The notes beneath the pieces were generated by a model. It made no database searches and was not told where the DNA came from. It worked only from the letters and a program-made list of their open reading frames with translations. From assembly GCA_951406725.2 (NCBI GenBank), contig OX597825.1, positions 78,368,001 to 78,432,000 of the forward strand: a stretch of 64,000 bases of DNA, read 5' to 3'. Below are positions 1-12,485 of this stretch, one piece after another. The stretch comes from Octopus vulgaris. Lineage: Eukaryota. The position numbers and the translations under genes were made by a program. Numbering within the stretch: the first letter of the stretch is position 1; the number at the start of each line of letters is the position of its first letter.

Positions 1-303
1 CTAAAATAAGTGTTGTTTGAGAACAAGATACCATAACTTATTGGAGAAGAAACAATAAATCGTAAATACAAGTAACAGCACAATATGTGGCAAAGAAACA
101 TTAAATCATATGGTCACTGGCAGCCCAGTCCTGGCTAAGAAGGAATATATTCACAGACACGACTGAGTTGGGACTTGTACACATTGGAAGCTATGCCAAC
201 ATTATGGAATAACAACAGAAAAAAGATGGTATAGGCACACGCCAGAAAAGGTCACAGAAAATGAGAAAGCAAACATACTCTGGGATATGCCAATACACAC
301 AGA
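1..303. repeat. Segmental duplication, near-identical to 5403-5705
   Basis: Direct alignment by eye, only a handful of mismatches; includes the same junction into an R4/Dong fragment. Confidence 0.9.
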
Positions 304-690
304 GAAATTAAGGCCAATAGGCTGGATATGCTTTCTAATCGATATATCAATATCAAAAGATGACAATGTTTCAAAATACAAACATGTGGAAATAGAGGCA
401 AATCATATGCGGAGTCTAAATACAGAAACAATTCCCATCATAGTTGGCGCATTAGGTATAATAAGAAAAAGCATTCAGATAAAAATATAATAAAAACACC
501 AGGACTAACAAGTATATATAACATATAACATACAGAAATAGCACTACTAGGCACCGCACACATCCCACGTAAAACACTTTCAATACAGTAACAATAAAAG
601 CACCACAACAAACCACAGCACATACCCAAGGCACACAGAGTTGCGCTCGGTAGTGAAGTGAAAGCACGTGATAAAAATAAGACTGTTCGA
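115..690 (+). mobile_element. R4/Dong-clade non-LTR retrotransposon 3' fragment (RLE endonuclease region + 3' UTR)
   Basis: Decayed motifs KKEYIHRHD, HWKLCQHYG, ILWDMPIHT, IPIIVGALG, IALLGTAHI; followed by a (GAA)n/(GGA)n tract. Confidence 0.8.
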
Positions 691-804
691 TAGCAAGAAG
701 AAGAAGGAGGAGGAGGAGGAGGAGGAAGAAGAAGAAGAAGAAGAAGAAGAAGAAGAAGAAGAAGAAGAAGAAGAAGAAGAAGAAGAAGAAGAAGAGCTGC
801 CCTC

Positions 805-1335
805 TCATGGTTTCTGATCTTAACTGATTGGAAGTGTTATCATGTACATTGTTTTGTCTTGGTGTAAAAGATGGACTACAGCAAATATTCTGCTCAATAC
901 CACACATTTGCTTGTCAGTTGTTTGACCGTAACCAGTTGAGCATGTCCCTTAGTGGCTGACGATATGTGCATCTCTGATCACGAGCAGAAGTAGTGGGGG
1001 AGCATCATAGCCATGTATTGAGAGGAATATTCTTTGGGGTTTGGATAATTCACCTTTGGAAACATGGGTGTTTCGTTCAACATTCTTAAACAACCCTTAT
1101 TCAGGGACCTTTTGAGCGGGATGGGCTACTCGATCAGAAGAACATTCTAACTGGGCTCCACCTGCAAGGTCATACGTTGTTTATCTTGATATGAGATCGC
1201 GATGTTGTGCATATATGGTTGTGATGCATGTGACTGGTGTACCCTTATCAGACAAGTAGTCATGGTCGGTATACTGAGCTTCGTATATTTGTACCCCAGT
1301 GTCACTTTGATGGCATGCACTGCTCTCTCACTCAA
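805..1335. repeat. ~530 bp dispersed repeat abutting (AAT)n; second copy 44600-45150
   Basis: Both copies share ttaactgattggaagt...cagagatgcac...gtcactttgat...cactca and end directly in (AAT)n; probably a terminal or non-autonomous part of a microsatellite-associated LINE (inference). Confidence 0.7.
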
Positions 1336-1653
1336 TAATAATAATAATAATTCTTTCTTCTATAGGCCCAAGGCTTGAAATTCTGTGGGAGCCAACAGTT
1401 ATTAGAAGAGATTGGTCGGTACCTTTGACTCCAGTACCTGACTCCAGACTCCTTTATTATTTTGAAACCTAAAAGAATGAAAGCCAGATTTAAACTCGGT
1501 GAGATGCGATCTCGAAATGTAAAAAGCCGGAACTAAAACAGCAAGACAGTTTTTCGATGTTTTAACCATTCTTCTAGCTTTCAGCCTGAATTTTCCCCAC
1601 AAATTTGTCTCTTTCACAAAAAAATGAGCCGAACACACAGCTAAAAGCACACG

Positions 1654-1796
<143 letters not shown>

Positions 1797-1952
1797 GATA
1801 TGGAAACAGCTGTAGCACAGGATCTCATTATATATCTTGGAATAAACTTATGTCTGCACATCAATTTTTCCATTTTCTACCTTTTCTCATTCATATATAT
1901 ATTCATATATATATATGTATGTATAACTATATACATATATACATACATTTAT

Positions 1953-2417
1953 ATGAGAATTGCAAAATCCCGTGGGATGCAACGATCAAATGCATAAACC
2001 CGACCAGACATCGGAAACCGGACACTGTTGTTGGTGAATAAAAAAGAAAGAACATGTATGGGAACCTACTTAGAATGCCCTGGTGAAAGCAGGATCGATG
2101 TGAAAGAAGAGGAAAAAAAAACAACTATGACGATTTAAAGTGGGAAACACGAAGGTTGTGGTCAATGAAGGGAGTAGATGTAATACCAATAGTAATTGAT
2201 GTACTTGGAAGTATCAGCACTCAACTACCAACATGGCGGAAAAAGATCGGTGCAAGTGTGAAGATAGAACACCTTCGAAAATCAACATTGCTTGGAACTG
2301 CAAGAATTCTTCGCAGGGTTCTTGAAGCATGATAAGTAAACAAGTGTCACCTTAGTCTCATGACTGTGGACAGCTGACACTTTCCATGATACCCAGTAAA
2401 ATGAACTGTGAGTTTTC

Positions 2418-2459
<42 letters not shown>

Positions 2460-2909
2460 CGAAAACAATAATAATTTTCAATTCGATATCACATGGTATA
2501 TTTAGAGTCATTATATTTATTAATTCAATAAATTTGGGTTTTGTTTTTTTTTTGTTGTAATTTTCTTTGTAAATTGAAATTGTTTATTAGTTTGTGATTC
2601 CGTCGTGTTTTTTTGGGGCGTTTAGGTCCTGCTTTGATGGTCTCCATTTCATTTCGAATGCGATCTTTACTTCTTCCTCTTCACGCAGGAAATGACGTTC
2701 CAGGTACATGGGTCGTTTTTCCTTCATCTGAAGGAAAAGCATCTCGGCCGTCAAGAAACAGTCGGTTCATTAAGTCCTCTTGGCGTGTAATCATAGACTG
2801 TGGATATAAAAAATATATATAAGTGAGAAACTTAGTAAAACTGGAATGGAACACCGAGAAAGGAACTTTTACAACGTAAATAACAAAATTTTCGCTGGTA
2901 AAAACAAAA
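1953..2909. repeat. Segmental duplication of 12021-12999 (Dong 3' end + peptide exon 2 + intron end)
   Basis: Continuous high identity from atgagaattgcaaaatcccg through the (TAA)n tail, 3' UTR and exon 2 to gctggtaaaaacaaaa. Confidence 0.9.
2667..2797 (-). pseudogene. Exon 2 of allatostatin-C-like prepropeptide, copy A (frameshifted as assembled)
   Basis: Acceptor ...atccacAG|TCT; reads SMITRQEDLMNRLFLDGRDAFPSDEGK then out of frame (TTHVPGTSFPA-TGA at 2683-2681); the homologous KNDPCTWNVISCVKRKK-TAA (stop 2669-2667) lies in the shifted frame; one extra A in the A5 run (plus-strand t 2716-2720) restores it. Confidence 0.7.
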
Positions 2910-2914
2910 GTTCT

Positions 2915-3162
2915 GGGATCTTTTCACTTTGACCGGCAGATTTCTAAAATAATTTCTTTGTAACTAAACACTTTTAAACTTCGTATACTGGTAGTGCATA
3001 AAGCATCTTTTTCTCTTGGCTTTCTGGAGAAAATTCTGTAGTTTGTAAGCTATTTGTTGTTTAATTTCTTACATTTCAGCAATTTCAAACAATCAATGAC
3101 GTCTACTGAGGTGAATACAATTTCTGCAGTAAACATTTATAATCTGCCGATCAAAGCGAAAA
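2915..3162. mobile_element. MITE fragment, same family as 6493-6918
   Basis: Starts gggatcttttc...ggcag, shares internal taactaaacacttttaaacttcgtata...ggtag; decayed right end tctgccgatcaaagcgaaaa; marks where the A/B intron homology stops. Confidence 0.6.
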
Positions 3163-3611
3163 TAAACATTAACACCTGTGTGACGTGAGGGCTAAGGAGA
3201 AATGAAAGTGTCACCTCTGGAGTTTGCAAATGACCACTATACTGATACATCACTGAACAGAATAAATTTACAAACTATAAATGTCTTTGAATAAGCAGTC
3301 ACGCATCTGGGAAGGCCTTGAAATCAATGTTACCATCTGGGGACTATGTGTGACCCAGTGATAATAAAAATACTGAAAGCAGGTCTGCAATCAAATAACT
3401 TTACTTAACACTTTGCAACTAAATCAGTGGAGGCAAAGATGCCTCTCATTTACTTGACAATTTATGCACCACATTGTAGAAATCACAATCTAAGTGTATG
3501 TCAAAGCAAACTCTTACACTGTTGTACCATTAAATTACAAATAATGCTCATCTTCTATGCTTGGATGATCCCACAGCTTCCAAGAATACAAATGTATTCG
3601 TCTTTGCATAG

Positions 3612-4050
3612 ATAAAATGACAAAATTGTGGGTGTTAAGTCCTCATGAAGGGATCTTTTTAATTTGTAAGAAGATATAATTTCATAAATATTACATCATT
3701 TGTATCTAATATCTATGGTTAAAATTTCCTCCACACCAAAAATATATGAATTGTCATGGGGGCTGTGACCCTTATGCATAGAATATAATTTCCAAATTTC
3801 GTAAAGATTCATTCAGTATTTTGACCTAGTTTTGGATCAGAAAAGAAATGACTAAAATTTGGGAGTTAAGGCCCCCATTAGGATGTCTTAGAATCCTCAT
3901 GGAAACTTTGTCATTTTTTTGCCCATGACACTACATGGACCCTAAGTAAGGCATGTGTAAAATTTGAATGAAATCGGTTGTGTAGATCTCAAGTTTTAGG
4001 GATTCACACAAACAAACAGACAGACACATATTCACAGTTTTATATATATT
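3612..4050 (+). mobile_element. Possible Helitron/Helentron-type non-autonomous element remnant
   Basis: aaatttgaatgaaatcgg ... acaaacagacagacac ... ttttatatatatt end structure typical of HINE/DINE-like elements; internal duplicated subrepeats. Confidence 0.35.
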
Positions 4051-4138
4051 GGGTGAATTCCATTTTGAAACTTCAGTGCATGAGATGGAAAAGATCCGTA
4101 TAGATGTATATACGTAGGTAAGCATTTATGCATGGATG

Positions 4139-4177
<39 letters not shown>

Positions 4178-4227
4178 CAACAACAACAACAACAACAACA
4201 ATAATAATAATAATAATGATAATAATG

Positions 4228-4264
<37 letters not shown>

Positions 4265-4323
4265 TAATAATGATAATAATAATAATAATAATAATAATGA
4301 TAATAATGAAGTGCAACAACTAC

Positions 4324-4455
4324 ATTTTTCCCTCGGAGCAGATCGCTATCCCTCTCATCGTTTATTGGCACCGTCTGTACTGGTTCAAACATCACGGCTG
4401 CTACGCTTAACAAAACCACTAGCACAATCATATTCTTGTATATACTGTGTTCCAT
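4324..4455 (-). CDS. Exon 1 of allatostatin-C-like prepropeptide, copy A
   Basis: [44 protein letters not shown]; 3 nt differences from copy B exon 1; donor reads AAT|GTAGTT (weaker than GTAAGT of copy B). Confidence 0.75.
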
Positions 4456-4750
4456 TTTTTTTATCTCAACTCAGTTCTCTCTTTTAAAAACTTCCAAACT
4501 TCTATATTTCAAACTTCCAGATTTCAACTGATTTCAATGGAGCCAGATATAAGGCAGCCCACAAAACGATTCTTATGAAGTCCAAAGAACAAAATCACCC
4601 GTAAATAGATCGTTTATAGTTCTTTGTTTTGTTTTTTTACTTTCCCCTCTTCTTTGTTTGTGGTTCGGGTTTCTGTTCTTTCTTGTCTGTGTGGTCAGTG
4701 CTGTTGTTGCGTCTCGTTTTGGTTCGTTCTCCTATGGAAGCGGCGACTTT

Positions 4751-4758
4751 CTTTTATA
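4751..4758 (-). promoter_or_regulatory. TATA box of peptide gene copy A
   Basis: TATAAAAG on minus strand ~300 bp upstream of ATG, conserved in copy B; a YY1-like CGCCATTTTG lies ~40 bp further upstream (4793-4802). Confidence 0.6.
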
Positions 4759-4995
4759 GCCATATTACTCCTCCCAGTCGCTCATAACGGCACGCCATTT
4801 TGCGAGGGAGGAGAATGAACGTATATATATATATATATATATATATAGATGTGTATGTATGTGTGTGTGTGTGTATGGAAATACAAAAGAAGATGATAAA
4901 GAACAAAAAGAAAAACGTAGAAGAAGAAGAAGAAGAAGAAGGCTGGCCAGAACTGGTGACCAATAATTCTTGCCCTCTAGACTAATAATAGTGAC

Positions 4996-5032
<37 letters not shown>

Positions 5033-5705
5033 GCTGTTGTGGTGGTGGTATGATTTAATTCTATTTGCTTTGGGAGGCTCATTCCTTATCATAAAAAAAG
5101 GACAATCCCCCACCCCCGTCGTTATCGAACTGATTGGAAGAACAAGAACATGCATGTGCACATGCGCACACAGGTACTGCACATGCACACCTATAAATGA
5201 CATGGAGCAGAAACACACATAATAAATCATATGGAGAAGAAACAATAAATAATATCAAATGGATGTCTTATAAAACTATTCCGAACATACAATAACAGCC
5301 ATACTAACAATCCAACACACCTCCTTCATCAGCTGCCACACGGATATCACTATGGTTTCGACACCTGGGGCAGTACCATTCAATCAGACGGTGTCAACAG
5401 CACTAAAATAAGTGTTGTTTGAGAACAAGATACCATAAATTATTGGAGAAGAAACAATAAATCTTAAATACAAGTAACAGCACAATATGTGGCGAAGAAA
5501 CATTAAATCATATGGTCACTGGCAGCCCAGTCCTGGCTAAGAAGGAATATATTCACAGACACGACTGAGCTGGGACCTGTACACATTGGAAGCTATGCCA
5601 ACATTATGGAATAACAACAGAAAAAAGATGGTATAGGCACACGCCAGAAAAGGTCACAGAAAATGAGAAAGCAAACATACTCTGGGATATGCCAATACGC
5701 ACAGA

Positions 5706-7140
5706 TTAAAATCGCGTAAGCATTTGGGCCTTAATCACTTAATTTCACAATGGTAAAATTAAGATCTTTCAACAATTCTTTTAAGCCCCTTATTATTCAA
5801 CCATTAGCTTTTTATCAAATTAATGGCCTTAGTTACAACTTTCATTACCCTGCCCAACTTTAGAGATTTTGCACATAAACTTTCCATATCAATAAAGCAG
5901 TGACACACAAAGTTTCCGGATCGAAAAGACGCTTCTTAAATTCCTTCTGAACCAGAGCTACGAACCCTTTTTCACGACCTGCCATGGATGGAGCGCCAAC
6001 TGTAGCAAGACCACTCATTTTTTCATTCGGTAAATCAAAATCATTAAGATTGAGTCGACCATTTGAAATAGATCTTTACCTCTAGTTGTCTCATGCATCG
6101 ACTTTCTTCTCGAATGTTGAATTTTGCAGTTATTCCACGTATAAATGCTGCCATCTGAGCAGTATTAGACAGATCAATTGTTTCATCAATAGCTAATGAA
6201 TACAATACGAATTCTGCTGAATCATATTTTAGAGAATTTTTTATGTAATCGGTAATATCTTTAATACGATCAGAAACAGTTTTTTGTTTTATAAGCTAAT
6301 ATTTACCAAACAAAGTTTTTCTGGGCATATATTCTCAACAGCAGTAAGGATACGTTATTTCACAAATTCACTATTGTTCGAGTTTTTTTAGCAATATTTC
6401 GGCATACCGCAAAACTAGCTCGAGCAACTGACGCACTTCCCAGAATCAGCTTTTTTAAAAAAAGTTTGTCTTTTGGTCAGATTTTCTTTCAAGGATCTTT
6501 TCGGTTTGAGTGGCAGTTTTTAGCATAATTTCAAGGTAACTAAACACTTTTAAACTTCGTATAGTGGTAGAATGTGTGTGTTTATAAAACATCTTTTCCT
6601 CTTGGCTTTATTGAGAAAATTCTATAGTGTGTAAGATATTTGTTGTTTTTTTTCTTCAATTTCTGCAATTTCAACCAATCAGTGACGTGTATTGAGCTAA
6701 AAACATTCTGTGCCGTATGAATATGTCCCTCGTTTAAGAAACAGTTTGGGTTTATTTAGATTTGTGAAGAAAAAAAGATACCCTTCCCCAACCCCTAACC
6801 CTAACCCTAACCCTAAAACAGATTGAAATGCAATAGATCGATACTAGGGTCATAATTATGGGTGACAATTTCATATGACACCGCTAGAAAAAAAATGCCG
6901 TTCAAACTAAAAAGATCCCTATCTTGTCTTAATGTCCAGATTCTATCAAATTTCCATAGGCCTTATGCTTGCTCAGAAAATGCCTCTTAATTTCATATAT
7001 TTTATGAACGCTTACTTCTTGTTCATTGTAAATAAGACAAATGCGCTTGTTACCTGTTTCAATAAAAAGATAAAGCTCCATTTTTCATCAAACAAGACAC
7101 ACTCACCAGCACTTGTCTTTTAGGATTTTTATAACCGCTT
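5706..7140 (-). mobile_element. Decayed hAT (Charlie/SPIN, GTF2IRD2-like) transposase, interrupted by a MITE
   Basis: Minus-strand fragments: RICLIY..KRHFLSKH (BED-finger-like), ARASFAV..NIAK..ENICPEK, SLAIDETIDLSNTAQMAAFIRG, GAPSMAGREKGFVAL; many stops/frameshifts. Confidence 0.8.
6493..6918. mobile_element. MITE with ~30 bp TIRs and internal (CCCTAA)n
   Basis: Left ggatcttttcggtttgagtggcagtttttagc is the imperfect reverse complement of right gctagaaaaaaaatgccgttcaaactaaaaagatcc; four CCCTAA units at ~6792-6816; inserted in the hAT ORF. Confidence 0.8.
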
Positions 7141-8629
7141 TCCATATTGATAAATCGAAAAATTGATCTTCCAAAGTTAACAACGTTACAAATCGGTTAA
7201 ATTTATATGATCCCTTTCGGAATTTTTAAAAAATAAAAATCTGCAAAAAATTTAGCTATTGTTTGGTTCTGCAAAGTTTAACTTAATTTCTCTCTCTCTC
7301 CCTCTCCTCCCCTCTCTCTCTCTCGCTCTTGTCCACACAGGTGTTGACAAGTGAGTGGATAGGGGTGGGTGATAACTGATAAACCGATGGCAGATGTCAG
7401 TAACACCTGTTGACTTTCTTGACGCCGACTGATAGTAAACACGAGACAAAAGTTATTTTTCAATGCTTTTTCAGAAAAAAATTAGTAATATTTTTTCATA
7501 ATTCTGTTCGCAAAGCACCAAATTAGTAGTTTCTGTTTCAATGAAGCTTCACTAATTTGTTTTTTGATTTTTTAATAGATTTTTAAATATTTTTTCTTAT
7601 CGATTGACAGAAAGAAGGTGAGAATCGATTTCGGAGATTTATTTCGTAAAAACGTGAAAAATGAAATAGGGAGGAAAGTTTAAATACTTGGGGTTCTTGG
7701 ATATGAATAATTTTTGCACACTATCTTCTACAATCCTTCAGTTTCCGTTTCATATAAAAATCATTTTAATACACGCAATATATTTTTAGTTTTCTCAGCT
7801 AAAGTGTAGATGGGTCTCAAGCGGGTGGGACAAACCTAGTAATATGTGTTTTATAGTGAAAACAAAATTTCCATTCAAATGGTAATTACCGGACGATTTC
7901 TGTTCGAGCCCGACCGTTCTAATCGTAGTGGAAACTCGATCTATGTCGCAAATAGGCATACGAGTATTGTATATATTTTATAATTGCAAAATTTACTCTA
8001 TTTTGTACAGAATAAACAAGTTTTGAATGGTACAACAATGCACTATAATACAGACAATGGACTATATACCTGTTGTAATATAGTCATCCATAGTCTGATA
8101 TTATATTTTGGAATAATATTCCTTCTTCAGATATTCTTAGATGGAGTCGCTTCTCCAATCGATTTTCTAACGGCTTTCCTTTTTTATTTTTTGGGAGCGT
8201 CTCAGCAGTGATCTCACGATGCTCCTTCCGGAATTCCTCATGAGAAGTGTATGAGGTCGGCCATTTCTCAATCTCGTTTGTGTTGGTACATCCGTAGCGC
8301 TGCTTCTAAGTCACATATTATACGTGCAGCCTCCTTTTTTGCCCTTTTTTTTCTTCTGTTATAAACTACAGAGAAGCATATCATCAAAAATGAACCTACA
8401 CGCATCCAGATGTATCTAAATAATCTATTGATTACCAACCTCCAGCCTGTTGTTCATTTGGGGCCCTGTGTATGAGTGTATATGAGTATAGCTTCCTTTA
8501 TGCTTAAATTACCCCAAATTCTTTCATTGGCCCCAGTTGTGACTGTTATGCTTTTGTCGGTGTTCCGGCATCTGTCTAGATGTATTGTGAAGGAGTATAC
8601 TACGAGTACATACGAGTATATTAGCCTGC

Positions 8630-8959
8630 GGTTGGATTCAGATAAACTTCAAACCGCTTCTTCTTACTTGCTAAAATCTTAAATCACTGAAGTTTACCAC
8701 TTCTGTCCATTTATTAGTCAGATGTCAGTCAGCTGTTTGGAACACTCTGACTACTACAATGCACAACCTATTGTTCTAAGTACATGTATTTTCTCTCTCT
8801 GTCTGTCTCTCTATCTCTCTCTCCGTTTCTCTTTCTTTCTTTCTCTGTTGTTTTACCACCACTCTCTCTGTCTTTCTGTGTCTTCTGCCCCTCTATCATT
8901 TTCTTCACTACTTTTGAAGATTACTTGTTGAAATCGTAAGTACATGTATTTACTTTCTC

Positions 8960-9003
<44 letters not shown>

Positions 9004-9376
9004 TCTCTCTTTCTCCCTCTTTCTCTCTCTCCTTTCCTATCTCTCTGTTTTTCTTCTACCTCTATCTCTATGTCTTTTCTGTCTCTCTCTCACTCCTATA
9101 ACTTTCCTCGCTGCTTTTGAAGATTGCTTGCTGACATCGTAAAATTCTTCAGTCGAATTCACACCTTCACAGAACAATTCAGACAGTAAGCTCCTTTCTC
9201 TCGTTAGATTCAGGTAAGCTTTAAGCACTTTTTCCTACTTGCATAAAGATTAAATCCCCCACAATTTCCACTTATCTCCATTCATAGACATATGTAAGTT
9301 ACCTATTTGAAACACCCTGAGTGCCACAATGCTGAACCTATTGTTGAAAGTACATGCAGTTCCTCTCTCACTCTCA

Positions 9377-9416
<40 letters not shown>

Positions 9417-9600
9417 GCTTCTCTCCCACCACTTTTTCTATGTCTTTCTGTCTCTTTCCCTCTCTCTATCACTTTCTTCACTATTTTGGAGATTACTTGT
9501 TGACGTCGTAAACTTCTTCAGTCGGAATCACTCTTACACGAACTAATTCAAACATCAAGCTAAGTTTTCGTTAGAATCAGATTTGGTAAAATCTTAAATT
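8630..9600. repeat. Old, diverged tandem repeat (~570 bp period, with internal partial duplication)
   Basis: gttggattcagataaac (8631) ~ gttagattcaggtaagc (9203) ~ gttagaatcaga (9570); ttttgaagattacttgttga motif recurs at ~8912, ~9116, ~9484. Confidence 0.6.
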
Positions 9601-9824
9601 CCGTCTTTGGTTAATTCTTAAATTTACATTTGGGAATGGAGGAACGCTGTAGTAGGAACCTCTTCTCGGCCTTTGGTGCACCCCCACCCCGTACCATCTT
9701 CCCTGTTGTCCGCTTGTAAGCGGTCGTCCTGCTCTCTCTGCCATTGTGAATGTATTATACTGAAACTGTGTCGGCTTCCTCCTAGTTGACATCGCTTTCT
9801 TTTCCTTCATCTAGCTTTTCTGTC

Positions 9825-12485
9825 AGTAAAAAGAAGAGGAAATAAACAACCGTGGTAGAAAAGGAGAATTGCTGAAGATATAAACTCCTTGAACAGTGTA
9901 GTGTTAATACTTGTCCGGAAAAAAAAATTAAGAATGAATGGTAATTCGAAAAAGTTAGGAAAAAGTATGGCGTAGATACAAAGGCCTATATGTTGTAATT
10001 GAAGAACTGAAGCAGCGCATAGAGGCAAAAGAAGCAAAGCTAACTAGGTTTGAACAGCAGATTAAGCAATACTTGCATGACAAAGGTTTTAGAACTGACC
10101 AAAAAAGATATTACCAAGAGATTAATGACGATAAAAAACGTGAAAGATTTGTCCCTGATGGTGATGAAAGTCGACTTTTCTGGAATAAGCAAGACCAACA
10201 TAGCACTACAGCTGAATGGCTCTGCAGCCTCAAGCAAACAGCTTCTCATCCCCAGCAAGAGACTATAAACTTCACAGAAGACAGTATTATAAATATGAGT
10301 TAAAAGATAAGCAATTGGAAAGCAGCAGGACCTGATGGTGTACAGGGATTTTGGATGAAAAAAAAGTTCAGTAGTTGCTATAAATTGATGGCAGAACAAT
10401 TTAATGCATTGATCAATGGAGAAGAATAAATTCCGCGCTGGTTGACAAAAGGACGAACGGTGTTGTGCCTGAAGGATGCATCAAAGGGAAATGCAGCTGA
10501 CAATTACAGACCAATTTCCTACTCCACGTTAATGTAGAAGTTACTGTTAGGAGGAATTGCAGAAGAACTGTATAAATTTCTTGATGAGAACGATATATCA
10601 TCGCCGGAACAAAAACGGTTGTAGAAGGAGATGCAGAGGTACCAAAGATCAACTATTGATAGACAAAATTATAATGCAAGATTGTAAACGAAGGAGAACA
10701 AATCTGAGAATGGCCTGGATTGCAAAGCTTATGACATGAGTCCTGATTCGAGGGTCACCGAGTGCTTAGATCAGTTTGGAACTGCGAGGAATGTAACGTG
10801 TTTCCTGAAGAGAAGTATGTGATGGAAAACTGAACTGACATCTTACAGAAAAAGCTTGGGCACCTCGGGTATCAGAAGAGGGATTTTTTGTTCTCCGCTA
10901 CTTTTTGTTCTCTGCATGATACTCTTGACCTTGGTACTTGGGAAAATGAACCTGGGGTACCAACTAAAGGAAAAATGCCAAACAATCAACCACCTCTTCT
11001 TCATAGATGAGTTGAAAGTGTATGGCAAAGACGAGACACAAGTGAGCTCCTTGGTGAACACGGTCCACTGTTTTAGTACTGATATTAGAAGGGAATTTGG
11101 ACTCAAGAAGTGCAGAATAATCTACCTAAAAAGAGGCAAGATACAGTCCCCAGCAGGTTTAGAAATACTGAACAGAGACTTGATTAAGCAAATTGAAACA
11201 GAAGGATATAAATACATTGGTGTACTGGAGTTCAACGAGATAACAGGAAAAGAAATGAAAGAGCAACTGAAGACGGAGTATTTCCGAAGACTGAGGTTGG
11301 TGTTGCGCTCAAAATTGAGTGGATGGAATAAAATCCAAGCATTTAATACTTCGGTACGGAGCGGGAATTATAAAATGGCAAAAGAGAGAAGTGAAGAAAA
11401 TGGATGCCAAGACCAGAAAAATGTTGACTGTACACAGAGCCTTCTACGCTAAGAGTGACAGCGATACGTTGTACTTGTCCAGAAGAAAGGGTGGGAGAGG
11501 TTTGATCAGTTGCCAGGAATTTATCGAAGCAGAGGAAAACAGCCCAGAGTGGTATATAAAAAATGTCGTGGTGCCACTGTTGAAACACACGAAGAAGACC
11601 GGCGTCATCAAAACTGAAAATTGCGTAAGTAAAGAAGAAATGAACAAAAATAAGAAAAAGAATAGAAGGAAAAGAAAATGTATGGTCAGTTTGCAAGAGA
11701 TGTGAACGCCAAGATAAAAAAGACTGCTGGCTATGGATGAGGAGGAATGATCTGAAGATAGAGACAGACACACTCGTATGCGCAGCACAGGAACAAGCGT
11801 TAAGGACCAATTATATGACGTGCAAAATTGACAACACTACCGATGGCGACAAATACAGAATGTATTGTGAGAAGGGCGAAACGGTATGGCAAATTGGTAC
11901 AAGACGAATACAAAAGACGACATGACAATGTGGCAAGAATGATCCATTGGGAGTTCTGTGGATATCACGGCCTACAAAGAGCAAAGATGTGTTATGAGAA
12001 AACTTTAGGAGTCACTGAAAATGAGAATTGCAAAATCCCGTGGGATGCAACGATCAAGTGCGATAACCCAACCAGACATCGGAAACCGGACATTGTTGTG
12101 GTGAATAAAAAAGAAAGAACATGTATGGGAACCTACTTAGAATGCCCTGGTGAAAGCAGGATCGATGTGAAAGAAGAGGAAAAAAAAACAACTATGACGA
12201 TTTAAAGTGGGAAACACGAAGGTTGTGGTCAATGAAGGGAGTAGACGTAATACCAATAGTAATTGATGTACTTGGAAGTATCAGCACTCAACTACCAACA
12301 TGGCTGAAAAAAAATCGGTGCAAGTGCGAGGATAGAACACCTACAAAAATCAGCATTGCTTGGAACTGCAAGAATTCTTCGCAGGGTTCTTGAAGCATGA
12401 CAAGTAAACAAGTGTCACCTTAATCTCATGACTGTGGACAGCTGACACTTTCCATCATACCCAGCAAAATGAACTGTGAGTTTTC

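Larger units (their letters stand above)
4120..5195. repeat. Segmental duplication of ~36925-38395 (exon 1, 5' UTR, promoter, upstream)
   Basis: High identity across 4320-4820 vs 37072-37547; further blocks (gccagaactggtgacc, ccccacccccgtc, ctgattggaagaac) collinear, separated by length-variable microsatellites. Confidence 0.9.

Noticed and set aside
2590-2727. Alternative frame MKEKRPMYLERHFLREEEEVK... using internal ttttccttcAG
   Set aside because: The same acceptor in copy B would give a different frame (and the equivalent frame is closed upstream by TGA); no recognisable motif, whereas the AstC frame is open and phase-matched in B.
4126-4323. Poly-Y/C C-terminal extension of the 109-aa ORF (and the equivalent part of the 160-aa ORF 36725-37075)
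   Set aside because: Read-through into intronic microsatellite beyond the splice donor; only the first 44 codons are exon.
6792-6816. Telomere or chromosome fusion scar
   Set aside because: Only four units and internal to a TIR-bounded MITE.
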